Shown in pieces: positions 1 to 12,205 of a stretch of 64,000 nt of DNA. Origin of the DNA: Octopus sinensis (Eukaryota); NCBI RefSeq assembly GCF_006345805.1, contig NC_043005.1, positions 83,018,001 to 83,082,000 of the forward strand, written 5' to 3'. The notes beneath the pieces are model-generated. The model saw nothing but the letters and a program-made list of their open reading frames with translations. It was not told the origin of the DNA and did no database searches. The position numbers and the translations under genes were made by a program. Position 1 is the first letter of the stretch. Every line of letters starts with the position of its first letter.

Positions 1-3000
1 TCCTTTTCAAGTGGCACTTGAAAAAGTTGACGAGAGACTGACCAGAGAGGAAGGTGTTTGTTTGCAGTCCTTTCAAACGCGTCCACCACACACATTCTTT
101 CGCCATAGCCATCAGCGTAACGAAAACCGTTTTCTCTTCCCGTTTAAAGGAAGGTGGTAGAACAATATTCACAATAGACTCGGCCGATAGGCGAGCCTGA
201 CCTACACGTGACAACAGCTGTTCGACGAAGGACCACAGCTCTGAAATATCTGGACACTGCACGAGTGCGTGTAGAACGGTTTCGTCGCTCTGACCGCATC
301 TCGGGCAGGTCGGTCCGGTGATGGTTTTCGAACCGTGTCTGTAGCTCTTCTCTCGAACAGGTAGTGCGTCTCGATAGCACTGCCAAGCCAGGGATTTCTG
401 GAAGTTATCCATAGGCCCCGGCCCGAACGTCGTTCTGAACAGGCGGGTTAGGAATTCCTCGTCGACGCCCAGGTTTGCCCCGAGTGTGTCGTCGGACCTC
501 CCCTCCACTAGTCCTCTATAGAACGCTTTAGTCGTTTGGAAGTTGCACAAGTTTGACCCCGGTCGGCAGAGCTGCTGTAGAGCTTGGCGACACTCTCGGT
601 GCCAATCGCCCAGTTTCGGTCTCTTTTTGATCCACGTTTGCAGTTCGGTCAGTGAGACGAGCTGCGGGAAGTCGCGCCTCACAAACGGCGCCCACACCTG
701 TTCACCGTCGTCGATGAATTTCCAGAGATGTCGCAGTCTCAGCGCATGCCTGCGCATCATCAACCACGGCATGCCTAGTCCTCCATTCAACGGATGTTGA
801 CAGCAAATGGACTTCCTCACCATCGGAACGCCACCCTTCCACAGGAAGCGGAAGAGTATGCGTTCCAGTTTGGTGATGGTGGCGTCGGGACAAGGTACGA
901 CGGTTAGGCGGTAATCGATGACGGATGCGTTGTACGCGTTCGCCACCTCCGCCCGGCCTTTTAGAGACAGCTTTCTCTCGGCCCATGTTTGGCTGAGAGC
1001 GACCACTCTACTCGTGATCTCGTCCCAGTTCTTATCCATTTGGAGGTCCGGACTGAACCAGACCCCGAGCAATTTAACCAGTCCGTCCGTCCAGCGTCCC
1101 ACTACTGAGCCGCAGTCGGACGGCATGGGCTTGCTTCTCCAGGTGCCGAGTAGCAAACCCACTGACTTTTCCGGGTTAATCTTTGCTCCCGTCACCGTTT
1201 CGTATTTTCTTAGTGTCTCGCCTATCATCTTGATGTGTTTGTCGCTCGACACTATGACGGTGACATCGTCCGCATATGCCGACACGCTCGTCCCGCAACC
1301 CAGTTCCCGTGGGATGCCCCTCAGTGTCGCCAGCTTCCGCAGTAGCGGCTCGAGAGTCAATACATACAGAAGCGCCGACAGGGGACACCCCTGACGGACC
1401 GAACGCGTGATGTCAAACGGTTTCGACAGGTGACCGTTCACCCGAATCACCGATCGGATGCCGCTATACAAGGCAGCGATCCAACCGCGGAAGACAGGAC
1501 CGAAGCCAGCCGCCCTGAGGATGGCCGCCAAGTACCGATGGTCGACCCTATCGAAGGCTTTAGACTGATCCAAATTTATCAGCGCCCCACCCATGCCAGG
1601 ATCCTTAACTACCCTGTCCACAATGTAGCGCATCAGATGGAGGTTGTCATGTATGGTTCTGCCCGGCACGGCGCATGTTTGCGTCCTGTCGACCAGTTTA
1701 CCAATGACAAGCGCCAACCTCTCGGCTATTACTTTGGCCAAAATTTTCAAATCTCCGTTGAGCAGAGTGATGGGCCTGAAATTATCTATAAAATTCCCCT
1801 TGTTTAAGTCTTTCTTCAGCAACGTCACTGCACCTCGGCTCACGAAACCGGGGATTCTCCCGTTTTGTTGCCAGTTGCAGTAGACTGATGCCAAGAGGTC
1901 GCCAAACAAGTCTGGCATTCGACAATACAGCTCGTAGGGTAAACCATCCAATCCAGGCGACTTATCCCTCGCGCAGCCCGCCATCGCATCCCACACGTCA
2001 GCGGCTGTGATGGGACTTTCACAACACTCCGCTTCTCTTGCCGAGAGCCGCGGCAGGTCGGTCAGGTAGGCACTGAAATCCATCCCTCATTCCGACCCAC
2101 CACTCGCACCAAACAGTCGAGCAAAGTGCTGTTGAAAGGCCTCACACATCCTTTCGGGTTCGAGTAAACTGCATCCCTGTTGATTTATTAGAGACTGAAT
2201 GGTTGATCTGTTGCCACGCTGCGCCTCCGCTACCCGGGCCTCTCGCGCAGCTTCAATCCCTTCGTTCCTTAAGGCACGCATTTTAGCTCTGACGACGCAA
2301 CCTTCGTGCTTGGCGTTGAGGTGTTGGTCGAGGGCCATCCTCGCAGCCAGTTGGTTGCGCTGCCAGTGGTAAGTGCCTCTTCTAGTTTCTTAACTAAGTC
2401 TCCCTCTACTCTATTTCGTTCTATCGCTAATTCCTTGCTAAACCTAATTGATTCCGATTTTATTGCCATTTTCAGGGCGTACCACCAGCGGTTGTTAACG
2501 ACCGCTCCCGTCAGCGCCCTCTTAATTAACTCGCTAATCCGGTTCCTGTAAACCTGTCGCGCTAACAGCGACGTGTTCAGTTTCCAGTAACCGGGACCCT
2601 GCCTATGTGTTTTATCTAAGTCGAGCGTATACGTAACAAATTTGTGATCTGTGTAGCTGACTATTTTAAATTGTGGACATCCTACACTATCCCTACCCGC
2701 TGTCCTGCATAGAATTCTATCTAGATAAGATCTCGACGATCCGACGTGGTTTGTCCAAGTCCACGTTGGCACGTTCGGATGGTCGAGTCGGAACCTGTCA
2801 GACAAATGGAAACGTCTGAGCAGGTCTTTGAGGCTCTTACACCCCCTTCTATTCCTATCCCTTCCCACATAATCTAGATGCGTGTCCAAGGTAGCGTTCC
2901 AATCCCCTACTAACAGTAAAGGTCTAGACGTACCCAGGAAAACCTCTAGACGTCTGAAGAAATCCGCCCGACCCGTTAAGGACGGTGCATAAACTGCCAT

Positions 3001-3333
3001 CAGACGGAATGCACACCCATTTCTGCCATCCACGTCCAAGACAACCAGCCTACCCTCCGGGTCTAGGAATATTGCTCTTACTTTTACCTTTAGACTCTTT
3101 CGAAAAAGCACCGCAGTACCTCCACCACCCATGTTCGGCAGACAGGGAGAAAAATAAATGTCAAATTGATTGTCAAACATGGACTCGAGGGCCCGCGGCT
3201 TACTGAGTCTGGTTTCACTGATAGCTACTATATCCACGTCCAGTGACTTGATGTCGTTTAGAAGGTAACCTTGATTCCAAGCCGACGCCAAGCCACGCGC
3301 ATTCACACAACCTAATTTAAGCATACTTGACAT
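1..3333 (-). pseudogene. Tx1-type ORF2 (APE endonuclease + reverse transcriptase), frameshifted
   Basis: APE motifs CVNARGL, AISETR, VYAP, LVGDWN, SYLDRI, YTDH. Linker GPGYWKLN. RT motifs NFRPITLLN (~1790-1760), LINLDQSKAFDRVD (1585-1540), VRQGCPLS (~1400-1376), AYADDV (1280-1260). GGLG at ~785 and CPRCGQSDET at ~305-280. Several small frameshifts (~2345, ~2090). Confidence 0.93.
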
Positions 3334-3412
3334 TTACGAAAATTGTGTTTTACACACTATATTAGAGGAGACAAGTGGCAAGAAGTGAGGTCACTTACTC
3401 ATTTTAAAAGTT

Positions 3413-5276
3413 TCATTTTTTTCTTCTTCTTCTTTTGTATCGCTTTTGATGAGGTGTTTGTATAGTTTTTTTCGACAGGTATCGTTGATACCCGCCTACC
3501 GCATTCGGAAATATTGTTTTCAGTATGTGGTGTTGTGCTTGTGTTATGTGTAAAATTCTGATGTGTTTCGGTGGTGTGGTGTGCGGATGATTGTTTGTCT
3601 TAAAGTCATCTTCACAGACGACCATATTAGATTTGATGTAGTCCATTAATTCTTTATTGTCTGTGTCTATTGCAGTTAGTTGTGTGTGTGGTTTTACGGG
3701 TTCATTACTTTTTTGATTGTCTAGGGGGATGTTGTCCTGAGTTAGATATCTCCCTGCTTTACTTCCTTGTTTGGTGGATTTTTTGGTTCTTTTTCTTTTA
3801 CCCCCTGTGGCTATTTGCCATTCCGTCGAACTTTCGTCGTCCGACGTATCAGTATGGGGTAGAGGCAAAACATTTGCATTACTATGTATGCTTGTATAAA
3901 TTGTTGATGTTTTGTGCGGTGTTTGTGTTGTTGTGGTGTTAGGGGTAGCATTTGTCTTCTCGTCAGTGTTTTCTGTCTTTTTAATTGTCGTCCTGGGTGT
4001 GGGCGTGGGTCTTTTTTGTTAATTCAACAGGTTTAATTGGTTGTGAAGTCAACGGTGATTGTGTTGGTACTGTTTTTCTTGGTGATGTGTTGGGGTTTGT
4101 TTGCTGGTTTGTTGTTTTTCTTGGCATTGTTCCATAATTGAGTGTGTTGGTGTTGGTGTTGGCAACAAAGGGATTTTATTTGTTTTCTGATTTGTTCTTT
4201 CTTGTTTTTTCTGTACCAGATTGCACTTGGCAATCAAATGTGCGGGGCTGCCACATTTGTAGCATCTAGGCTTTTTGCCTTCTGCCATAACATATAGGCA
4301 TTGCCCATTCTCCAAGTATATCTTGTCGGGTAGGCTCTCGATAGAGGCCCCCTCAATCTGGATGGTCACCACTACTGTTTTTCCACCCCAATTGTCGTTT
4401 AGGTACACGGCTGTTTCCAAAATATTGATCTTTTTCAAGTGGTAACAGATTGCCCCTGTTATCCATTTGTTCGGCATATCGGGGGGTACATTTCTGATAG
4501 TAATTCTACTCACCCTCTGGTTTTTATAATAAGGGACCATGATGATTTCATCATTTCCCAGAGACTCAGTAGAGTGAGCTTTTGCCACTTCCTGTTAGGG
4601 AAGCGGACCACTACTGTGTTAAACTGGGGACCCCAGTTATATACTCTTTTTCTTTCATTATGTTTTTTAAACATTTCTCCACATCAGTTTTTGTAATCTG
4701 TTCATTTGGTTTTTTGTTTTTTCTAATAATTTTATATACAATTGTCTTATTTTCTATTTCTTGTTTTATATGTTGAGGTGTATGCAGCACTAAATCTTGT
4801 CCACGGATTGTAAAGAGCTCTTGTCTCTATGAGCTCTTCATTTGTGAATGTTACTATTCTTTTCTCTGGCGAAGAATGTCTGCGAAATTTACTGATGTTG
4901 TTGATTTTTTTGTATTAACATCTTCACTATTAGATAGTTCATTTTTATTGTTGTTCTTGTTGTTGCTGCTGTTGTTTTTGTCAATAGTTTTCGTTTCAGT
5001 TTTATTTTTATCATTTATGTTGGTCGTGGTAGTGATGGTGGTGGTGGTGGAGGTGGTGGTGGTAGCAGTTGTTGTCTCGTGGTTGCTGTTGTTAGTGGTG
5101 GTGGTGGCGGTGGTGACAGGGCTGTTAACGCACGTGGTTGCAGCGTTCATTTCACCGAATTTTACGTTTGCATTTTCCGTGCGAACGTTCTTTTTTTTCT
5201 CTATCGTTTCCAGACTAGGAAAATGTTGTTCCATAAAAGAACGCGACCAGCGTTCAACAATAAAATTTCTAGACAT
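3413..5276 (-). pseudogene. Tx1-type ORF1 (gag-like nucleic-acid-binding protein), split into several frames
   Basis: Segments 5276-4854 (Thr/Asn-rich), ~4640-4049 (NWGPQFNTVVVRF...EGKKPRCYKCGSPAHLIAKC, a CX2CX4HX4C knuckle) and 3868-3413 (basic; EWQIATGGKRKR). Lies directly upstream of ORF2. Confidence 0.82.
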
Positions 5277-5487
5277 TTTCTAATGTCGAGAAGAAAATTA
5301 CAGAAATGAAATGGGGTCGAAACTGCCCCTAGGGGCGAATTCCTCCCTTGGAAAAGCACTCAAACGAAAGTTGGTTGCCTTACACACCTTATTTGCAAAA
5401 ATCTACACAAAAATTGGCCTATAAATAGTCAAAATAAATGATTACCTTCGGAGCTGAACTGACATCACATCCGTCAATAGATAGATA

Positions 5488-6642
5488 TGTTTCTTTATTA
5501 GCCACACAGGGCTGCACACAGATAGAACAAATTACAAGGTAGAGCTTTTCTTTTGAAGGTATTAAAAAAAAAAAAAAAAAAAAGGGGAAGGGGGAGGTTC
5601 GATCAAAAGGGATCGTAAAAGGAGAGAAAGAGGACAAAAATAAGGGGGGTTAAAAAAAAAAAAAAAAAAAAAGGGGGGGGGAGAGGAAAAAATGATCAAT
5701 AGGGATCGTTATCACAGAAATGTCAATATGAAGTGTAAAGGGGAGGACAGGTGAGGTTTACCCGTGGAAAGAAAAGCCTGCGGAAAAGACCACGGTAACC
5801 TCGGTCAATGAAGTCACATTTTATATTTCTTTTTTTTTTTTTTTTTTGCAAATAAGCAACTCTCTGTTTTCGATTTCTGGGTTCATAGGACTATGCTCAA
5901 AGTGGCTTCGTCATTCATACGTGCCATTCTTGCTACATTCACCCATCTTTTTTTAAAACATTCGCTAGACAAAACTTGCCTCTCTACTCTCACTTTCCTT
6001 TTCAAGTGGTACTTGAAGAAGTTGATGAGAGATTGACCAGAGAGGAAAGTGTTTGTCTCCAATCCTTTCAGACGCGTCCACCAGATACATTCTTTCGCCA
6101 TAGCCACAAGGATGATGAAAATAGCTCTTCCTTCCCGTTTGAAGGAAGGAGGCGTGACAATATTGACGATAGACTCAGCTGATAAACCGACTCGTCCCAC
6201 ACGTGACAGCAGTTGTTCGACATAAGCCCACAGCTCGGAAATTGTTGGACACTGAACGAGTGCGTGCAGAGACGGTTTCGTCGCTCTGACCGCATCTCGG
6301 GCAGGTCGGCCCCGTGTTTCTCGAGCCGTGTCTATAGAGCTTATCCCGAACGGGTAGCGCTTCTCGGTAGCACTGCCAGGCCAGGGATCTCTGGAAGTTG
6401 TCCATGGGCCCTGGCCCGAAAGTCGTCCCGAACAGGCGGGTCAGGTACTCCTCGTCGACGTCCAGGTTCGCCCCGAGCTCGTCGTCGTACCTCCCCTCCA
6501 CTAAACCCCTATAGAATGCTTTGGTTGTGTTGAAGTCACTTAGGTCGACCCAGGACGGCAGAGTTGCTTGAGAGCAACGCGACACTCGCGGTGCCATTCG
6601 CCCTTCCTCGGCCACTTTTTGATCCACGACTGCAGTTCGGTC
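5488..6642 (-). mobile_element. 5'-truncated Tx1-clade LINE (ORF2 C-terminus + 3' UTR), diverged relative of the element at 1-5476
   Basis: 5995-6642 aligns by eye with 1-650 (WQCYREALPVRDKL, CPRCGQSDET). ORF ends at 5883. The 3' UTR ends AATAAAGAAACA-TATCTATCTAT, and the 5' junction runs into (TATC)n. Confidence 0.9.
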
Positions 6643-6705
6643 ATAGATAGATAGATAGATTCTTATGAAGATAGATAGATATATTATTATCCATAGATCA
6701 GATAC

Positions 6706-6736
<31 letters not shown>

Positions 6737-6771
6737 AGATATATAGATAGATAGATAGTAGATAGATAGAC

Positions 6772-6839
<68 letters not shown>

Positions 6840-6856
6840 AGATAGATAGATAGATC

Positions 6857-6920
<64 letters not shown>

Positions 6921-6990
6921 TAGATAGATAGATAGATAGATAGATAGTAGATAGATAGAACGATAGTTAGGTAGGTAGGTAGGTAGGTAA
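6643..6990. repeat. (GATA)n/(TATC)n microsatellite
   Basis: Visible tetranucleotide repeat. Other GATA tracts at 8156-8250, 11992-12207, 24474-25204 and 53195-53370. Confidence 0.97.
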
Positions 6991-7030
6991 ATAAGGCAGT
7001 ACATATATATGTGAGTGTTTGTGTATGTAC

Positions 7031-7078
<48 letters not shown>

Positions 7079-8153
7079 ATGTATGTATATCGTATATGTG
7101 TCCACGTGTCCGCCTTATATCTACTTATTTTATTTTCCACACTTTTTATATTGCTGTCTTATTTTATCTTTGATGTTTTCTGACCCCTGGAAATGTCATC
7201 TAATTCTGCCTTCAAGTAATAGATCATTCTGACAGTTTGTTTAGTATAAGTTCTTAAACAGAATCTTTTTGTGACCCTTTAAGCTGAAACTAGACTACTT
7301 CTCCTTATCTTCTACATCTCCACTTAAAATAGCCAAACAATTATACATACCTCTCATTATTCACAGTTCCTCACTTCTCATAAGAGTTCTGATGAAGTGT
7401 GATGCATATAAATCTTCCATATAATAATATGTATTCACTTTATAATTGTCAATGTGGCACATGTAAAGATATCATATCTAAGCACTTTTACATATTATTC
7501 TGCTGACTTATACTGTTCTATATCTTCGTGCATGTTTGGTTGTGTTTGTGTGGGGCGGGGGAGACGGACAGACAGAAAGAAAGCAGAAAATAAACAGAAA
7601 TAGAACACTTTGTAATTTAATTCACAATGCCTGAAACTTGTCTAAAGTGAATAATTCTACAAGTAATTATGTGAAAGCGTTAACTGTTGAATTAGATGGT
7701 ATTGTTAAAATCAACTAATTTGTCTCTTAATGAAACACAAAAGTAATTAGTAATCTTTCAGGTTAGTTTCGAGGTAAATATCTTTTATCACTCTTGTTCG
7801 GCTGGTAACGAATTAATATATATGCAGTGTGGTATAGAACAGCTGAAATATGTATAATGAAGATAAATCTAAACATGTTATAAAGCCTTAGTTGTGAAGA
7901 TTTAGATTTTGTAAAAATATCTTATTTACTTAATTAAACGGAAACTTGGAATCCACTTATAGATGTTTAATCTCTCTCTCACTCTCTCTCTCCATCTCTC
8001 TTAGTATATATATATATATATTTATATATGTGTGTATGTATGTGTGTGTTAATATGTATGTATCTATGTGTGCATGTATGTATGCATCTATGTATGTATG
8101 TATGCGTGTACTTGTACATGTATAAATGCAATGAATGTATGTATATAAAGTAT

Positions 8154-8245
<92 letters not shown>

Positions 8246-8743
8246 TAGATGCATACATACACACATACACATTTAATCCAATATTTGTGACTGAAGACTA
8301 ATGATTGAACCAGTACACAACGTCTCCTTGAAGGCCTCAGGCGGAGCGAACATTTCTGAAGGACTCAAGTATTTTAACTCAGAGGTACACACCAATAAAA
8401 TAGCGCCTTAAATTTAAATGGCTCCCAAACGGGAATTTAGAATTTTCCTATTACATGACTAAGAAGTGCACGTTTAAATTCAAACACGATCTGCTAATCC
8501 ATATGTGATTGTTACAATTGTAATTAAATATTAGACATCACACTAGGTATGACTACATGTAGCGACTACTACATACTACCTAGAGATTCCAGTCACCCAT
8601 CAACAAAACCTAAGAACATCGCAGCTGACGTAAGTAGAATTTCCAAATTACATTCTGGCAAAGACATTTCCAAGCGTATTCCAGGGTTACAATGAAGTAT
8701 TAACAAGTAGAGTTTTAACATCGAAATATATATATTATATATA

Positions 8744-8810
<67 letters not shown>

Positions 8811-9014
8811 TAAATCTCGAACGAGATGTAAACAGTAACCGATCGACAACGTAAAGTGTACTAGCCATCTGAATGTGGCTAGCCACTGGGGGTGGGTGTT
8901 ACTGAAGCTTTTAGCCCCAGGAGATCGTCGTCTCCAGCTGGCTTTAGACACACTTTCTGTGCTCTTCTGATATTTGCAAAGGGAGGTCATCCCCTCTCGA
9001 AAACCTAAGTGATA

Positions 9015-9059
9015 CATACGGACTATAGTTTCGAGGTTTTTGCCTCTCGTCAACGTACG
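9015..9059 (-). ncRNA. Minimal type I hammerhead ribozyme (Penelope-like form)
   Basis: Minus strand reads CGTACG-TTGACGA-GAGG-caaaaa-CCTC-GAAAC-TATA-GTC-CGTATG. This gives stem I, a core with a C3U variant, a 4-bp stem II, palindromic stem III ACTATAGT and a GUC site. Confidence 0.75.
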
Positions 9060-9282
9060 GTAATCACCGGTTTTCGATTAGGTTTATCTTTATTATAGGC
9101 ACGATGGCCCGAATTAAGAGGGGACATTACAAAACAGGACGTGGGGTACATAAATTTTTAAAAATCGAAAAGTATGAAGTGAAATGAATATTTATAATGG
9201 ATTAGATGGAACGCCTTACGAGCCCCCCAAAACTCGCAGTTTCATTTAAAATACAATTTTACAATTTTACAATTACATACAT

Positions 9283-9614
9283 TTTTTTTTTTTAAGACTC
9301 CGCCGGTTACGACGACGAGGGTCCCAGCTGATACGATCAACGGAACAGCTTGCTCGTGAAATTAACGTGCAAATGGCTGAGCATTCCACAGACACGTGTA
9401 CCCTTAACGTAGTTCTCGGGGAAAATCAGCGTGACACAGAGAGTGACAAGGCTGACCCTTTGAAATACAAGTACAACTCATTTTTGCCAGCTGAGTGGAC
9501 TGGAGCAACGTGAAATAAAGTGTCTTGCTCAAGGACACAACGCGTCGCCGGGAATCGAACTCACAACCTTACGATCATGAGCCGAATGCCCTAACCACTA
9601 AGCCACGCGCCCTC
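9283..9614 (-). mobile_element. tRNA-derived SINE with poly(A) tail and 14-bp TSD
   Basis: Head GGGCGCGTGGCTTAGTGG...GAGTTCGATTCCC carries A and B boxes. TSD ACAATTACATACAT at 9269-9282 and 9615-9628. T-run at 9282-9293. Related copies at 56665-56910 and 63969-64000. Confidence 0.9.
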
Positions 9615-9635
9615 ACAATTACATACATAACTCTG

Positions 9636-10919
9636 CTACGTCGGGCGCTCATCTGTAATGTATTCTATTAAATCTTCCTGTTCTATAACAGCCGGCAAAG
9701 TTTCGTGACGTATATAATACAATACAACAACATTAAACTCCGATTTCAATCTCATCATTGTCTCTTCCTCCACAATCGCCGCCTTCCAGTGGTCCGCATA
9801 TAGTCTTGGGTTCAACTTCACTCTGATTAAACCTTTCCTACCTGCCAACTTCTTTTCCATAGCTTTGTTCTTCAGGTACAACATCACTATTTTGAGTCTC
9901 TTTCCCTTAGGTCTTCCTCCTTCCTTACATACTTTCAACTGCTTTTCCACTCTTCTGTGCCATCTGCCCCATTCTTCATCTGTTGTTAATTTTGCCGGTT
10001 CACTTGCTTTCGCTTCTGCATTATTCTCTTCGCACGTTTGATCTTCCATTTCGTCTGTTGTCTTCTTTTTGGTTTTTTTCTTTTTTTGAACTTTAGGTGG
10101 TGATTCCACCCTCGTTCTCTTTCTATCTTCTGTTCTTTCCTTTTCTTTCTCCAACACTTCACCACTTTCCACATCCTCTGCATTCTCACATTCTTCCTCC
10201 ACATCCGTCATTTGCAGCTCCTCCGTCCGAGCCTCCAATGTTATCTTCTCCTCCTGTACTCTTTTCCTCAGACACACATCCTTCATGTGGCCTCTAATTT
10301 TACATATATAACACACAGGGGGTCTCCCCTCCACCACGACTCTGAAACGTGTCTCGTCGGGGAACACCAACTCCTCCGGGATGTTGTACAGGTCAGGCAT
10401 GGTAATGTGGACTAATGCCTGCACTGCATAACCCCACCACTTTACTTCTTTTGACCTTTCCACTTTCAATATTTCCACGTTTTCTTTGCAGTTGAATACC
10501 ACTGCCGCTAAAATCCTTTCCATATTCAGCTCCGGCGAAATCTTACTTATTCGTATCATTACTGCCCTTTTTCCGCAATAACTTGGTAATAATATCCATC
10601 TTTCTGTTTTCAAAATTTTCGTTGCATTCCTTTTCGCTTCGTCTTCGTTTTTAAAATGCACGACCACTGTTGCAAATTTTCTACCCCTGTTGTAGTAGGT
10701 AGCTTCTCCTTCAATTTCATGCAGACAGCACTCAATTTCCTCTATCGGTGCCACTTCTATTTTCTTTGAAGCCACGCTCCACGTTCTGTATGTTATGATA
10801 CGCTTCTTTGCGTTTTTCGCTTCTTCTTCAGGTGGTGTGGCCCTCACACAATCACCTTCTCTCTTCAAGCTGTCGAAATAATTCTTCAAAATCTCCTCCT
10901 CGACGGAAACTTCTTCCAA
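9636..10919 (-). CDS. Stand-alone Tx1/L1 ORF1-like (gag-like, CCHC zinc knuckle) protein, 5'-truncated, no ORF2
   Basis: 427 uninterrupted codons with a TTG start and no upstream ATG in frame. YNRGRKFATVVVHF and VVVEGRPPVCYICKIRGHMKDVC are colinear with ORF1 at 4640-4230. Confidence 0.8.
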   Translation of the reverse strand: MEEVSVEEEILKNYFDSLKREGDCVRATPPEEEAKNAKKRIITYRTWSVASKKIEVAPIEEIECCLHEIEGEATYYNRGRKFATVVVHFKNEDEAKRNATKILKTERWILLPSYCGKRAVMIRISKISPELNMERILAAVVFNCKENVEILKVERSKEVKWWGYAVQALVHITMPDLYNIPEELVFPDETRFRVVVEGRPPVCYICKIRGHMKDVCLRKRVQEEKITLEARTEELQMTDVEEECENAEDVESGEVLEKEKERTEDRKRTRVESPPKVQKKKKTKKKTTDEMEDQTCEENNAEAKASEPAKLTTDEEWGRWHRRVEKQLKVCKEGGRPKGKRLKIVMLYLKNKAMEKKLAGRKGLIRVKLNPRLYADHWKAAIVEEETMMRLKSEFNVVVLYYIRHETLPAVIEQEDLIEYITDERPT

Positions 10920-12005
10920 CTGTAGTTCGCTCGCAGCCAGGCCTGTCGCTTCCGATAAACATAGGATAATTCATTCACCTATTTATATATATATAAATTT
11001 TTATTATTTATTTGTCTTGGAACTGCGTAACGCATGCCTGTTTTACTCTGATAACTTCTTTCACACTGAAAGATACTAATTTTTAGTTTTTACTTCTCCC
11101 TCTCTGTTGGTAGAATATTCAGATTATGGAATTCTTATTCAATATCATGATCTAAATGTTTGGCTATTCGAGAAACAGCTGTTAGAGACAATGTATGTTT
11201 ATATTCTCTAAATTGAATGTTTCTTTCGATGCCAAATGTCTTGCATTTTCCTTTTTATTTTAATACAGATTGTAAGAGAGAAGACATGAGATGAATATAT
11301 TCATTCACCAGTCATGTGTATGTATGTATGTATGTGTGTGGTGTGTGTGTGTGTTGTGTGTGTGTGTGTGTGAGTGTAAATATACACACGTACAGAAAGA
11401 GACAGACAGACAGGAAGACAAGCAATCAGGTAAGTAGACAGATAGACAGAGACGCACAAACTGACTGACAACAAGAGTGGGAGCAGGACACTGAGACAAA
11501 AAGGAAACGACTAGTTATAAATGTATATGTGTATGTTTATGTATGTGTGTGTATGTATGTATGTATGCATACATGTATGTATGTGTGTGTATGTATGTAT
11601 GCATGTATGTATGTATATATGTATGCAAGTATGTATTTATGTTTGTGTGCCTAAGTATGTATGTATTTATCCGTAGTCATGTTTTCAGTCTATTATTGTG
11701 AACGTATCAATCTACATCACTTGGTACCTTTATTTTTATTTATATTAATAATTTCACTTGTGTGTATGTGTGTGACGATTGCTTATCGGTTTATGTGTCT
11801 GTTTGTGTGTTTGTAAGTCTGTGTACTTGTGTAGGGCATTTAAGTATGTGTTTATTCGCATATATGAAAACAAACAGACACATGCATACATATATAAATA
11901 TAATAATGTTGGTTTATATATGAATTAATACATTGGGTTACATAAAGAAATAAAATGAAAGGCATATTACAGTTAATTACCATAGCCAGACTGATAGATA
12001 GATAT

Positions 12006-12184
<179 letters not shown>

Positions 12185-12205
12185 TTTAGGTAGGTAGATA
12201 GATAG

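Larger units (their letters stand above)
1..5476 (-). mobile_element. L1/Tx1-clade non-LTR retrotransposon, 5' end present, 3' end runs off the window start
   Basis: ORF1 pieces with a CCHC knuckle (5276-3413), then ORF2 with APE, RT and C-terminal Cys motif (3333-1). The putative 5' end abuts TATCTATCTAT at 5477-5487. Confidence 0.92.

Noticed and set aside
543-3206. Plus-strand ORFs (543-800, 918-1394, 1430-1807 and others)
   Set aside because: They are antisense shadows of the GC-rich Tx1 ORF2.
9540-9614. tRNA-like sequence with a CAT-containing loop on the minus strand
   Set aside because: The acceptor stem pairs poorly, and the sequence continues into a SINE body with poly(A) and TSD. 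It is a SINE head.
9636-10919. LTR-retrotransposon gag or domesticated host gene
   Set aside because: No LTRs, PBS or protease are visible and there is no ATG start. The protein is colinear with the neighbouring Tx1 ORF1.
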